Positions 9,870 to 19,428 of a stretch of 64,000 nt of DNA are shown here, one piece after another (position 1 is the stretch's first letter; each line of letters starts with the position of its first letter). The notes under the pieces are model-generated. The model saw only the letters and a list, made by a program, of their open reading frames with translations, was not told the origin of the DNA and made no database searches. The DNA is taken from assembly GCA_964291475.2 (NCBI GenBank), contig OZ220066.1:35726-99725 (forward strand). Direction: 5' to 3'. Source of the stretch: Dehalococcoidia bacterium. GTDB lineage: Bacteria; Chloroflexota; Dehalococcoidia; SHYB01. The translations under genes and the position numbers were made by a program.

Positions 9870-9947
9870 CGGGGCGTAGCGCAGTCCGGTTAGCGCGCCA
9901 CGTTTGGGACGTGGAGGTCCTGGGTTCGAATCCCAGCGCCCCGACCA
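9870..9947 (+). tRNA. tRNA-Pro (TGG)
   Basis: Acceptor CGGGGCG/CGCCCCG, anticodon arm CCACG-TT-TGG-GA-CGTGG, T-arm CTGGG-TTCGAAT-CCCAG, encoded CCA. Confidence 0.97.
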
Positions 9948-9961
9948 TCTCGCGGAGCGGC

Positions 9962-10144
9962 GTGGCCTCACGAGAAGAGATCGACACCATCCTCAACAGC
10001 CTCGAGCAGATCGAGCGCTGTCCGATCTGCGCCACGCGCCTGCGCTACGGCGACTTCGAGTGCCCCCACTGCGGCGCCGACCTGGAATCGACCCTCTCCG
10101 GCTGGGCCGAGCAGCTCGCCGACCGCCTTCGACGCCGTCCCTAG
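9962..10144 (+). CDS. Small zinc-ribbon protein (60 aa)
   Basis: GTG start after GGAG; CPIC-x10-CPHC. Confidence 0.7.
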   Translation: MASREEIDTILNSLEQIERCPICATRLRYGDFECPHCGADLESTLSGWAEQLADRLRRRP

Positions 10145-10237
10145 CCCGTCGTCCCTCGCCGTTGCAACGAGATTGGCGGTGGGGGTTGACAAGCCCATAG
10201 CCCCTGTGGTTGGATACTCCGCGTTTGAAAATTCGTA

Positions 10238-10262
10238 TGCACATAGTTAGATGCTATGTGCA
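10238..10262. promoter_or_regulatory. AT-rich inverted repeat (candidate metal-regulator operator)
   Basis: TGCACATAG-7nt-CTATGTGCA, 22 nt upstream of the iron SBP start codon. Confidence 0.5.
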
Positions 10263-10284
10263 GATAAGAAAGACAGAGGTATGT

Positions 10285-11400
10285 ATGCTGAACCGTTCTC
10301 CAATCCGTCTGGGCGCCCTGGTCGCCGCTGTCATCGCGGTCTTGATGGTCCTGACCGCTTGCGGGGAGGCTGCCCCCACCGCGACACCTGCCCCCACAAC
10401 GACGCCCGCCCCGACGGCAACGCCCGCGCCGACCGCCACGCCTCAGCCGACCGCCGACCCCCTGGAAGGCGCGGAGATAATCCTGTACTCCGGCCGCAAC
10501 GAGAACCTCGTCGGGCCCGCCATCGAGGCCTTTAGCGAAGCCACCGGCATCCGCGTCCGCACGCGCTACGCAAGCACCGGCGCCATCGCCGCCCAGATCC
10601 TGGAAGAGGGCGACAACACGCCCGCCGACGTCGTCCTGCTCCAGGACGCCGGCGCGCTCGGCGCGCTCTCGCTCGAAGGCGTGTTGGACAGCCTGCCCGC
10701 CGAGTACCTCGACCGCGTCGACCCCCGCTTCCGCTCGCCCAAGGGCGAATGGGTGGGCACCTCGGGACGCGCCCGCGTCGTGGTCTACAACACCGAGACC
10801 CTCTCGCCCGACGACCTGCCGGACTCGATCCTCGGCTTCACCGACCCCAAGTGGAAGGGCCGCATCGGCTGGCCTCCGACGAATGGCTCGTTCCAGGCCT
10901 TCATCACTGCCCTCCGCGTCCAGCTTGGCGAGCAGGGCGCGCGCGACTGGCTGCGCGGCATCGCGGCCAACGACCCCATCGCCTACGCGAAGAACACGCC
11001 CACCGTGGCCGCCGTCGCCGCCGGCGAGGTGGAGGTGGGGTTCGTCAACCACTACTACCTGCACCGCTTCCTCGCGTCGGAAGGCGAGGGCTTCACCGCC
11101 CGCAACTTCTACTACGGAGGCGGCGACCCCGGCGCCCTGGTGAACGTCGCCGGCGTGGGCATCGTCAAGGGCACGAATGACCTCGAAGCCGCCCGGGTAT
11201 TCATCGATTGGATGCTGAGCGAAGAGGCGCAGACCTACTTCGCCACCGAGACCTACGAATTTCCTCTAGTCGAGGGCATTGCCTCTCCCGAAGGTGTGCC
11301 GCCGCTGAGCACGTTGGACCCACCTGACATCGATCTCAGCGACCTGGAGGACCTGCGCGGAACGCAGGACCTCCTACGGGAAGAAGGCATCCTCAGCTAG
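10285..11400 (+). CDS. Fe(III) ABC transporter substrate-binding lipoprotein (FbpA/FutA-like)
   Basis: Lipobox LTAC, PTATPAP linker, YSGRNE, EWVGTSGRARVVVYN, GFVNHYY (iron-ligand Tyr-Tyr). Confidence 0.92.
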   Translation: MLNRSPIRLGALVAAVIAVLMVLTACGEAAPTATPAPTTTPAPTATPAPTATPQPTADPLEGAEIILYSGRNENLVGPAIEAFSEATGIRVRTRYASTGAIAAQILEEGDNTPADVVLLQDAGALGALSLEGVLDSLPAEYLDRVDPRFRSPKGEWVGTSGRARVVVYNTETLSPDDLPDSILGFTDPKWKGRIGWPPTNGSFQAFITALRVQLGEQGARDWLRGIAANDPIAYAKNTPTVAAVAAGEVEVGFVNHYYLHRFLASEGEGFTARNFYYGGGDPGALVNVAGVGIVKGTNDLEAARVFIDWMLSEEAQTYFATETYEFPLVEGIASPEGVPPLSTLDPPDIDLSDLEDLRGTQDLLREEGILS

Positions 11401-11512
11401 ACTCCTCCTCCTTCTCTCGGACGCGCTCCGGCCGTCCCCATGTCACCCCTCCCGACGGGGGCGGCCGGGGCGCCGTCCAACAAGACCATTGCGTAACCGC
11501 CCGGCCGGCCGA

Positions 11513-11785
11513 AAGATGGTGGCGCGGGGTGGTCTCCTCCCTCCCCCTCTGGAGACCTTTGCAAAACTCCCGCCGATGGTTGGGAAACGGGTGGAGCGGG
11601 GTGGTCTTCTCCCTCTCCCGCTGGAGACCTTTGCAAAACTCCCGCCGATGGTTGGAAACGGGTGGAGTGGGGTGGTCTTCCCTCTCCCCCCCTGGGGGAG
11701 ATTTGAGAGAGGGCGCGCGCCGAACGGCGCGCGAGCGCCCGCAGAGCGCTGCTCCCCCACTCGGTGTCAGTTACGCAAAGGTCCC
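11513..11785. mobile_element. Nested MITE/REP composite
   Basis: Two left ends GAGACCTTTGCAAAAC (11552, 11624), each right after a half hairpin ending CTCTG or CGCTG; right end GTTACGCAAAGGTCCC (11770-11785). Confidence 0.75.
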
Positions 11786-11806
11786 AAAGAAGAAGGCCAG
11801 CGGCGG

Positions 11807-12673
11807 CTATCGCACATCGTTCGGGAACTGGTAGCCGCGCGCGGCGACCCCGATCGGCTCGAGCCGCGCGCCGACGGTCTTGGCGAAGTGCTCCCGGATG
11901 GCTTCGACCGTCCAGCCCTGCAGGTTCACCGTCGATGCGGTGGGCCGGGGGTGCGAGAAGAGGCTCAGCACGTTGCGGTCGAGCCGCACCACCTGGCCGG
12001 TGACCCGGCTCGCCGCGTCGCTGGCCAGATAGGCCACCAACGGCGCTACGTTCTCCGGCCTTCGCAGCGGCGGCGGCTCGGCCCCCGCCGGGAGCGGGTC
12101 GGACATCCGGGTCTGAGCGGCGGGCGAGACGGCGTTGACCCGGACGCCGTAGGGCGCCAACTCCAGGGCCCAGGTGTAGGTCATGGCCGCCACCGCCGCC
12201 TTCGAGGCGGCGTAGGCCGACCGCTGGACGTAGCCCGCCTGCGCCCCCGACGTGACGTTGACGATGCTGCCGCTCCGCCGCTCGGCCATGCGCTTGGCGG
12301 CGTGGTGGGCGACGGCGAACGTCCCCTTGAGGTTGGCCTCGACGATGCGGTCGAGCCACTCCTCCGTCTCGTCCTCGAAGGGCGCCGCGTGGGTGACGCC
12401 GGCATTGTTGACCACGGCGTCGGGCCCGCCGAACCGGGACGCGCAGAGCTCGACGAGGTCGGCAGCGACGGCCCAGTCGCCGACGTTGCCGGTGTGCGGG
12501 GCCCCCTCGCCGCCCGCCCGTTCGATCTCCCGCGCCGTCTGCTCGGCCTCGTCGACGTCGACGTCGTTGACCACGACGCGCGCGCCCTCGCGGGCCATGA
12601 AGACGGCGTAGGCGCGGCCCAGACCGCGGCCGGCGCCGGTGACGATCACGCTCTTGCCGTCGAGGACGCCCAC
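11807..12673 (-). CDS. SDR family oxidoreductase
   Basis: TGAGRGLG, NNAG, YAASK. Confidence 0.93.
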   Translation of the reverse strand: MGVLDGKSVIVTGAGRGLGRAYAVFMAREGARVVVNDVDVDEAEQTAREIERAGGEGAPHTGNVGDWAVAADLVELCASRFGGPDAVVNNAGVTHAAPFEDETEEWLDRIVEANLKGTFAVAHHAAKRMAERRSGSIVNVTSGAQAGYVQRSAYAASKAAVAAMTYTWALELAPYGVRVNAVSPAAQTRMSDPLPAGAEPPPLRRPENVAPLVAYLASDAASRVTGQVVRLDRNVLSLFSHPRPTASTVNLQGWTVEAIREHFAKTVGARLEPIGVAARGYQFPNDVR

Positions 12674-12683
12674 GGCGCGCCGC

Positions 12684-13808
12684 TTACAGGCCGTAGAGGT
12701 CGACGGCGTTGTCGCACACGATGCGGCGCTTCTCGGCCTCGGGCACGTTGACGAAGTGCTCCTCGATCACCTTGCGCGAGTAGGGCCAGTCGTTGGGGTG
12801 ATGGGGGAAGTCGGTCGACCAGCACATGTTGTCGATGCCGACGTCGTAGCGGTTCTCGATCGCCATGCGGTCCTGGATGAACGTCACCGTCCAGTTGTCC
12901 TTGAAGTAGCGGCTGGGGAGCTTCTTCAGCGTGAGGCCCGACCACGTGCGGTTGCGCCAGTAGCGGTCGTCGAGCTCGTACATGAAGAAGGGGATCCAGC
13001 CCGCGCCGCACTCCGCCGCGACGATCTTTAGATCGGGGTAACGGTCGAAGACGCCGCTGAAGATCATCTCCACCATGAGCTCCATGGTGTGCTTGAAGTT
13101 TGTGGCGCCGACGGCGGGCTTGACGCCCGGCGCGAAAGGCCGCTGCTTGTCGAGCTGGCTCGCCAGCCAGACGTGCAGGCTCACCGGCGTTCCCGTCTCC
13201 TCGGCGGCGGCCCAGAACGGGTCGTCGGCCTCGCTCAGCGCCTCGCCGCCCGACGGCCACGCCTTCAGCATCACGCCCCGGAACCCGGCCTTCCGCAGGG
13301 CGTGCAGCTCGGCGACGGACGCCTCGATCCCCACGTTGGGGATGGCCGCGATGGGGAAGAGCCGTTCGGGGTCGGCGGCGCAAAAGCCTTCCTGGACCCA
13401 GCGGTTGTAGGCGCGGATGCCGGCGAGCTGGAGGTCGGCGTCCTCGTAGCCCATGAACGTGGCGATGGCGCGCATCGGCGGGTAGAGGAACTCCGCGTCG
13501 ACGCCATCCTCGTCGAGGGCCGCGATGCGGGCATCGCCCTCGTAGCAGGCGGGCCGGATCTCGTGGCCGTAGCGGACGCCGTTCCAACTGAAGTCCTCGA
13601 ACTTGCGCCCCATGACGGTCACGAGCCCCAGCGGCTCGGGCTTGCCCTTGGGGTCGTAGAGCCAGGCGTCGCCCCCGGCCGGGTCCTTCATCAGCTTGGG
13701 AGCGTTGGGACGGAACTTCGATTCCAGCCACACGTCCCAAAGATCGGGCGGCTCGACGACGTGCGAGTCCGCCGAAATCACCTGGTAGTCGCGGCCCGTC
13801 TTCGCCAT
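12684..13808 (-). CDS. Amidohydrolase-2 family protein
   Basis: ISADSHVVEPPDLW, SLHV, ECGAGWIP, WSTDFPH; start at ATG 13808. Confidence 0.9.
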   Translation of the reverse strand: MAKTGRDYQVISADSHVVEPPDLWDVWLESKFRPNAPKLMKDPAGGDAWLYDPKGKPEPLGLVTVMGRKFEDFSWNGVRYGHEIRPACYEGDARIAALDEDGVDAEFLYPPMRAIATFMGYEDADLQLAGIRAYNRWVQEGFCAADPERLFPIAAIPNVGIEASVAELHALRKAGFRGVMLKAWPSGGEALSEADDPFWAAAEETGTPVSLHVWLASQLDKQRPFAPGVKPAVGATNFKHTMELMVEMIFSGVFDRYPDLKIVAAECGAGWIPFFMYELDDRYWRNRTWSGLTLKKLPSRYFKDNWTVTFIQDRMAIENRYDVGIDNMCWSTDFPHHPNDWPYSRKVIEEHFVNVPEAEKRRIVCDNAVDLYGL

Positions 13809-13906
13809 GAAAGCACCCCTAGCCAAGCGGAAGCGGCGCGAGTATAGCACGCGCCTCGCCGCCGTCTTTGCCGGCGCATTCGATGGGCGTATTCTAGGAG
13901 CGCGCC

Positions 13907-14863
13907 ATGCCCGATCTCGACATAACCGACGCCCACGCCTACCCCTTCCCCACCCGCGAGCGCGCCCTCGCGGCGCTCGCCGGCATCGCGCCGGAAGGCG
14001 AGGCTGAGGACCTCGGCGCCGCCTTCGACGCCCTGCTGGAGGCCCGCGGCCCGGACGTCGTCCGGGTCAACGCCGTCGTCCACGTTCCGTGGGCGCGCTA
14101 CCAGGCGCGGATCGACGCCATTCCGGAGAATGACCCCAACCCCATCGCCAGGGAAGAAGAGGCCGCCGCCGACTATCTCGAGGCCATCGCCGAGCGCAAC
14201 GCGGCGGCCCTGGCCGAGGCGGCGGGACGGGATGGCCTCGCCCTATCCTGCGGCGTCGACCCCGCCCGCATGACCGAGCGCCGGATGCTGGAGGAGGCGG
14301 AGGCCCGGCTGCGCGCCGGCGCTTCGGCGATCTTCATCTCGCCGGCCAACGCCGGCATCGATGGCAGGGACCGCCGCTATCACGCCCTCTTCGACTACTG
14401 CCAGGACGTCGGCGCACCCATCCTCTGCGCGCCCCCCGCCTACCACGACGGCGGCGACTCCACCCTCGGCAGGCCCACGACGTTCGGGTGGACGATCCGC
14501 GATTTCCCCCGCGCGCGGGTCATCTTCGGGGCGCTGGGCTGGACTCCCGAGCTTGCCGATGCCGGCGAGCGCGACCTGCTGGAAACGATCGGCCGATTCC
14601 CCGACATCTGCGTCGATCTCTCGTTCGCGCTGCCGCCGCTCGTTGCCGAGCCCTCCGACGCTGCCCCTCCCGGAAGTGCGGAGCTCGCCGCCCGCAAGCT
14701 CGCCGCGCTGATCGGCCGCATCGGCGCGGAGCGGGTCCTCTTCGCCGGCGGCTGGCCCTTCGCCGACGCCAAGGCGTCGATGGACGGCTTTTGGAAGCTG
14801 CCCCTGCCCGACCTCGACCTCATCCTCATCGGCAAGGAAAACTGGGCGCGGCTGACGTCGTAG
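13907..14863 (+). CDS. Amidohydrolase-like protein with degenerate metal site
   Basis: ITDAHAY, DFPRARVIFGALG, IGAERVLFAGGWP; normally D-x-H-x-H and FGSDWP. Confidence 0.7.
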   Translation: MPDLDITDAHAYPFPTRERALAALAGIAPEGEAEDLGAAFDALLEARGPDVVRVNAVVHVPWARYQARIDAIPENDPNPIAREEEAAADYLEAIAERNAAALAEAAGRDGLALSCGVDPARMTERRMLEEAEARLRAGASAIFISPANAGIDGRDRRYHALFDYCQDVGAPILCAPPAYHDGGDSTLGRPTTFGWTIRDFPRARVIFGALGWTPELADAGERDLLETIGRFPDICVDLSFALPPLVAEPSDAAPPGSAELAARKLAALIGRIGAERVLFAGGWPFADAKASMDGFWKLPLPDLDLILIGKENWARLTS

Positions 14864-14872
14864 CGCCGCGCG

Positions 14873-15532
14873 CTATCCGGCGATGAGGGCGGAGCCGGGG
14901 CGGTAGATCCCCAAGGCCGCGCCTTTGACGATCTTCTTGGCGGGGTCGAGGAAGTAGGGCGTGACCGTCTCGCGATGGAAGACGTCGTCGCTGTACGCCT
15001 TCAGCCCCGCGGGGCCGTCGAACTCGGTCTCCCAGCAGTGCGTCCATGCCGACCGGTTTCCCTCGGAAAGGCGCCGTGAGAGCGCCCAGTTCGGGAGGCC
15101 GTCGACGCGTCGGCCAAGCTCCTGCAATAGCTCCTCCAACTCGGCGGTCTGCGCCTCGGTGGCCGCGTCGTCCATCTGGAAGAACATGACGCGCCGGATG
15201 GGGTCGTCGACGCCTTCCGCGACCGCTGCGATGGGCTCGTACCACAGATAGTCGAGCCTGCTCACCACGGCCGCCTCCGAGGCGGGGTTGTAGAGCGGCA
15301 CGAGGAAGTCCATGTGGTACGGGCTCGGCCCGTAGCGCCGGACGGTCTCGACGTCGGCGACGTCCATGTCCCACACATGCGACCACGGCCCGGGCGCCTC
15401 GTTGCGCCCGACCGCGATCCGCGTCACGCCCTCGATCTCCCCCACCGTCGCGCGGGTGAGGGCTTCGAGGTGTTCCACGTCCGCCGCGGGCGCATCCTCG
15501 CGCACCGTGAAGAGCATCGTTCGCCGAATCAT
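14873..15532 (-). CDS. Tandem Dabb (stress-responsive alpha/beta barrel) domain protein
   Basis: Two repeats beginning MIRRTMLF / IRRVMFF and ending Y..SPYH / YSDDVFH. Start at ATG 15532 after AAGGAGG; the longer ORF call includes repeat DNA. Confidence 0.8.
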   Translation of the reverse strand: MIRRTMLFTVREDAPAADVEHLEALTRATVGEIEGVTRIAVGRNEAPGPWSHVWDMDVADVETVRRYGPSPYHMDFLVPLYNPASEAAVVSRLDYLWYEPIAAVAEGVDDPIRRVMFFQMDDAATEAQTAELEELLQELGRRVDGLPNWALSRRLSEGNRSAWTHCWETEFDGPAGLKAYSDDVFHRETVTPYFLDPAKKIVKGAALGIYRPGSALIAG

Positions 15533-15560
15533 CGCCGCCTCCTTCTTCCTAGAGCCGTTT

Positions 15561-15738
15561 GAGACCCTTGCGCAACTCCCGCCGCTGGTCGGGAAATGGG
15601 CGGAGTGGGGTGGTTCTTCCCTCTCCCCCTCTGGGGGAGATGTGAGAGAGGGCGCGCGCCCAACGGGCGCGCCGGAGGGGCGGCGTGGGGAGGTCTTCCT
15701 CTTCTCCCCCCGGGAGAAGATTGAGATGAGGGGCCCCC
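15561..15738. repeat. Composite repeat (MITE end plus two hairpin modules)
   Basis: GAGACCCTTGCGCAACTCCCGCCG...CCCTCTCCCCCTCTGGGGGAGATGTGAGAGAGGG...CTCTTCTCCCCCCGGGAGAAGATTGAGATGAGGGGCCCC. Confidence 0.85.
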
Positions 15739-15831
15739 GGATCACCACCACCGGTGATCAATCCCGCCATCCCCGCGTCGCTCAGTCTGGCGCACGGGCA
15801 TTATGCCACGGCGCGGCCCGCTCCTAACCGC

Positions 15832-15859
15832 TTGACACTCTCGCGGCCCGCGCCATACT
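15832..15859 (+). promoter_or_regulatory. sigma70-type promoter
   Basis: TTGACA, 16 bp, CATACT upstream of CDS 15906. Confidence 0.5.
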
Positions 15860-15905
15860 CGGCGCCTGAGGCGCGGGCGCCAGGAAAGCCCGCCGGAGGC
15901 GCGCG

Positions 15906-16550
15906 ATGGACGGGACCGAACACAACGGGCTGATGATCGTCATGAACTCGCCGGCGGTACCGGACCAAGAGGACGATTGGAACCGCTGGCAGGACGAAGA
16001 GCACCGGCCCGCCATCCTCGGCTCCGGTCTCTTCACCACCGCCGACCGCTTCCACGTCTTCGGCCAGGCCCAAGCCCCCGCGGAGACGCGCTACCTCTCG
16101 CTCTACCAGACGCCGCGCGCCGACGCCGATCAGGCGCAGGTGGAGCTTGGCAAGGCCATCGCCGCCCACTCCGCCGAGCCGCGCCCGTCCTCCATGCGTG
16201 CACTCAACGCGACCTACACCAAGCTCTCCGAGTTCGGCGACCCCGGCCGGCCCCGGGCGGGGAGTGTCGTGCTCGTGATGACCGACTGCGTCGATCCAGA
16301 CGCCGAGGCCGACTTCAACAAGTGGTACGACGAGGTGCACGTCCACGAGGTCATGGCCCACCGCCGGCACACCGGCTGCGCCCGCTATAAGGCGATCAAC
16401 CCGAAGCCCTGGCAGGCCGGCTATCTGGTGGTCTACGAGAACCCCAACGACGACGCCGGCCAATCCCGCGGCCCAATCCCCCCAACCCTGAGCAAGACGC
16501 CCAAGTCCCTGGGCCTCTGGTGCAACATCCCCTACCGCCGGCTGACGTAG
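15906..16550 (+). CDS. Two-domain dimeric alpha/beta barrel protein (EthD/DUF4286-like)
   Basis: Duplicated motif EDDWNRWQDEEH / EADFNKWYDEVH, each followed by R(F/Y) and YL..Y. Confidence 0.7.
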   Translation: MDGTEHNGLMIVMNSPAVPDQEDDWNRWQDEEHRPAILGSGLFTTADRFHVFGQAQAPAETRYLSLYQTPRADADQAQVELGKAIAAHSAEPRPSSMRALNATYTKLSEFGDPGRPRAGSVVLVMTDCVDPDAEADFNKWYDEVHVHEVMAHRRHTGCARYKAINPKPWQAGYLVVYENPNDDAGQSRGPIPPTLSKTPKSLGLWCNIPYRRLT

Positions 16551-16556
16551 CGCCTT

Positions 16557-16780
16557 CCCTCTTCTCCCCCCGGGAGAAGATTGAGATGAGGGGCCCCGCG
16601 CCAACCGCCACAGGTTAGCGAAGCCCGCCACGCCTCCCCTGTAGGGGCGATTCACGAATCGCCCGTCCCTATCCCCCGAACGACCTGGCGGGCCTTGGTC
16701 AAGGTTACGCAATCGTAACGGCCATCGATAGCCTTCACTTCCGTGCCCCACCCGTAGGGGCGACCCTTGTGGTCGCCCTG
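16557..16780. repeat. Composite repeat (hairpin module plus two GTAG-REPs)
   Basis: GGGAGAAGATTGAGATGAGGGG module; GTAGGGGCGATTCACGAATCGCCC (16641); GTAGGGGCGACCCTTGTGGTCGCCC (16754). Confidence 0.85.
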
Positions 16781-16847
16781 GGGGGTCTCCGGGGGCGGCG
16801 CGCCCCCTAGCGCAACCCGCCCCGCCAGTCGCCCACCCCACGAAAGA

Positions 16848-17594
16848 TCAGCCCGAAGCCGCGCCCCGCAAGTGCTCGCTCAGGAACCGGTCGATGAGCG
16901 CCCAGGCCCGCTCGCTGCGTTCGTGGTCGTATGCCTTGGGGATCGTATGGTTCATGAAGCTGTGCTTCCCGCCGTCGAACACGACCCACTCGTGCGGGAT
17001 GCTCCAGCGCTCAAGCTCGCCGCGCATCCGGTCGCGGTCCTTGATTGAGATCAGCGGGTCGTCGTCGGCCACGATGGCGAGGACGGGGCACTTGATGTGC
17101 CGGAACCGGTCGAGGGGGTGCTCCGGCTTCTCCCGCGTCAGGTGGTGATAGATCGCCCCGCCGTAGACGTCGACGCACGCGCCCAGATCGGCGGCATAGG
17201 TGGCCAAGAGCAGCGCGATGCGCCCGCCCATCGAGAAGCCGGCGACGCCGATGGCGTCCGCATCGACGGACGGCTGCCGGCGAAGGAACTCCATGCCGGC
17301 CTCCATGTCCCGCACCGCCTGCGGGTCGTCGAGCATCCAGTAGCACCACGACTGCGTCTCGCGGTCGCGCAGCTCCTCCACCGTGGCGAGGCGGGAGAAG
17401 AGGTTGATGGCGAGCGCGGCGTAGCCCATCTCCGCGAAGCGGCGGGCGACGTCGCGGGGGTACTCGGTGAAGCCGAAGACCTCGTGGAGGACGATGACGC
17501 CGGGGTGCGGCCCTGGGCCGCCGGGGACGGCGAGGAAACCCTCGACGTCTCCCGCGCTCGTCGGGATGGCGGCTTCGGCTGCGGTGTACTCCAT
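16848..17594 (-). CDS. Dienelactone hydrolase family protein
   Basis: PGVIVLHEVFG, GFSMGG, GGKHSFMN. Confidence 0.9.
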   Translation of the reverse strand: MEYTAAEAAIPTSAGDVEGFLAVPGGPGPHPGVIVLHEVFGFTEYPRDVARRFAEMGYAALAINLFSRLATVEELRDRETQSWCYWMLDDPQAVRDMEAGMEFLRRQPSVDADAIGVAGFSMGGRIALLLATYAADLGACVDVYGGAIYHHLTREKPEHPLDRFRHIKCPVLAIVADDDPLISIKDRDRMRGELERWSIPHEWVVFDGGKHSFMNHTIPKAYDHERSERAWALIDRFLSEHLRGAASG

Positions 17595-17629
17595 CAGCAG
17601 ACCTTCGTGCAACCCATGGTCGAGTAGGA

Positions 17630-17758
17630 CCGGCGGGGCCGGGAGGCCTTACCTCTTCTCCCCCCGGGAGAAGATTGAGATGAGGGGCCCCCTCATAACC
17701 GCCACTGGCCATCGAAGGGAGCGGCTCTAGCAACTCCTACGTCCGTTACGCAAACCTC
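17630..17758. repeat. Composite repeat (hairpin module plus degenerate MITE end)
   Basis: CCTCTTCTCCCCCCGGGAGAAGATTGAGATGAGGGGCCCC; GTTACGCAAACCTC near 17745. Confidence 0.75.
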
Positions 17759-17814
17759 CATGAGGCTCTGAAAACTGGGCGCCGCCGGTGCGTATCCTAC
17801 CGTACCGCCCGCCG

Positions 17815-19104
17815 CTACCGCAGGCTCCGCAGCTCGCCGCGGACGGCACCGAGGTACGTCATCATCGTCAGGAGGGCGGCGCCCGAAATGGCGAGCGACC
17901 AGCGCAGGCCGATGAACTCGGCGATCGACCCCAAGAGCAGCGAGCCGACGGGCAGCGCCGAGAAGGACAGCATCATGAAGCTCATCACCCGGCCCCGGAA
18001 CTCCTCCTCCACGTAGGTCTGCGCCAGGATGTTCGCCACGATGAGCAGCCCCATGCTCAGGGCGCCCAACCCGATGAGCACGGGAATCGCCACCGCGAGG
18101 TTCGGCGCGGCCGACAGCCCGATCAGTGCTACGCCCCACACCAGCGTCGCCGCGATGAGCAACCGGCCCTTGTGCAGCCGGTTCGCCGTGGCGGTGATCG
18201 CGATGCTGCCCGCCAGCGCCCCAACGCCGATCATCATGAGCAGCAGACCGAAGCCGCGCGGCCCCAAGCCCATGATGTCCTCGGCGTAGGCCGGCATCAG
18301 CTCCCGGAAGGGCAGGCCGACGGCGGTGCCCGTCACGAGCGCCATGAGCACCCAGAAGATCGCCCTGTCCCGCCGCACGTAGGCGAAGCCCTGCTTCATC
18401 GTCTCGAACGGCGACTCCTTCGCGCGCACCGGCGGCCGCTCCTGGCGGCGCACCAGAAACTTCACGATGAACATCGAGAGGATGTAGCCGCCCGTGGCCA
18501 GGAAGTACACGCTCTTGGGGCCGGCCTCCGCGATCAGGAGTCCCGAGAGGGCCGGCGAGCTGAGGCGGATGACGCTGACCGTCGATTGGTTGATCGCCAT
18601 GGCGCTGGCGATGGCCCGCTTGCCCACGATGTCGAAGAGGTAGGCCTGCCGCGTCGGCATATGTATCGCGGCGACCGCTCCGAAGAGGCCGGCGTGTACG
18701 TAGAGGTGCCACGTCTCGACGTTGCCCGTGGCCACGATGGTCCCCACCACCACCACGCCGATCATGTTCACGCCCTGCGACCCGACGATCCAGTTCTGCC
18801 GGTCCAGACGGTCGGCGACGACGCCGCCGATCGGCGCAATGACCGCCTGCACCGCGCCGAGGACGAACATGACCGCGCCGAGCTGGAACGTCGAGCCGGT
18901 CAGGTCGTACATCAGCCAGCCGGTGACGACGATGGTGGAGGTGAAGCCGAGGGCGCTCGCCCCGAAGCTGAGGTTGTAGCGGCGGAACTGCGGGTCGCCC
19001 AGCGCGTCGCGTACGGAGGCTTGGGTCCCGCCCGATCGTGGGAGGCTGCGCTGTGTCCGGGCAGGAGAAGTCTCGGACGCGCGCTGCTTGCGGCTTCGGA
19101 ACAA
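17815..19104 (-). CDS. MFS transporter
   Basis: About 12 hydrophobic segments; GGVVADRLDR motif A; FRGRVMS. Confidence 0.92.
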   Translation of the reverse strand: MFRSRKQRASETSPARTQRSLPRSGGTQASVRDALGDPQFRRYNLSFGASALGFTSTIVVTGWLMYDLTGSTFQLGAVMFVLGAVQAVIAPIGGVVADRLDRQNWIVGSQGVNMIGVVVVGTIVATGNVETWHLYVHAGLFGAVAAIHMPTRQAYLFDIVGKRAIASAMAINQSTVSVIRLSSPALSGLLIAEAGPKSVYFLATGGYILSMFIVKFLVRRQERPPVRAKESPFETMKQGFAYVRRDRAIFWVLMALVTGTAVGLPFRELMPAYAEDIMGLGPRGFGLLLMMIGVGALAGSIAITATANRLHKGRLLIAATLVWGVALIGLSAAPNLAVAIPVLIGLGALSMGLLIVANILAQTYVEEEFRGRVMSFMMLSFSALPVGSLLLGSIAEFIGLRWSLAISGAALLTMMTYLGAVRGELRSLR

Positions 19105-19185
19105 AGGGCTCCTTCAAGCGCCCGCGCCGCCGTGTACGGCGGGGGCGCGGAGCGAGTCTATCACGCGCCCCGCCGCCGCCTTACG

Positions 19186-19315
19186 GAGACCTTGCGCAAC
19201 CAGTCGGCACGCCGAAAGACGGGACGCGTGGGGTGGTCTTCCCTCTCCCCCTCTGGGGGAGATGTGAGAGAGGGCGCGCGCCGTCAGGCGCGCGAGCGCC
19301 CGCAGGGCGCTGCTG
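19186..19315. repeat. Composite repeat (MITE end plus hairpins)
   Basis: GAGACCTTGCGCAAC, CCCTCTCCCCCTCTGGGGGAGATGTGAGAGAGGG, GCGCGCGCC..GGCGCGCGAGCGCCCGCAGGGCGCT. Confidence 0.85.
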
Positions 19316-19428
19316 CCCGTCCCCCGACCGCCGCGGTTGGCCTCGGCCCCAAGGGGCGCTACCCTATGCGGGCTCGCGCCGCAAAGAGCGCTTCAAGGGC
19401 CGACAACCGAAGCCATGAGGGCCGCCGC

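Noticed and set aside
9870-9947. tRNA-Pro as an integration site
   Set aside because: No integrase and no duplicated tRNA 3' end seen in the window.
10374-10455. 18-bp tandem repeat in the iron SBP gene
   Set aside because: Encodes an ordinary Pro/Thr/Ala lipoprotein linker.
17788-19428. N-terminal extensions of ORFs 17788..20307, 24470..29050, 38673..40247 and 14873..15751
   Set aside because: They read through antisense genes or repeat DNA; better starts with an SD or promoter lie downstream.
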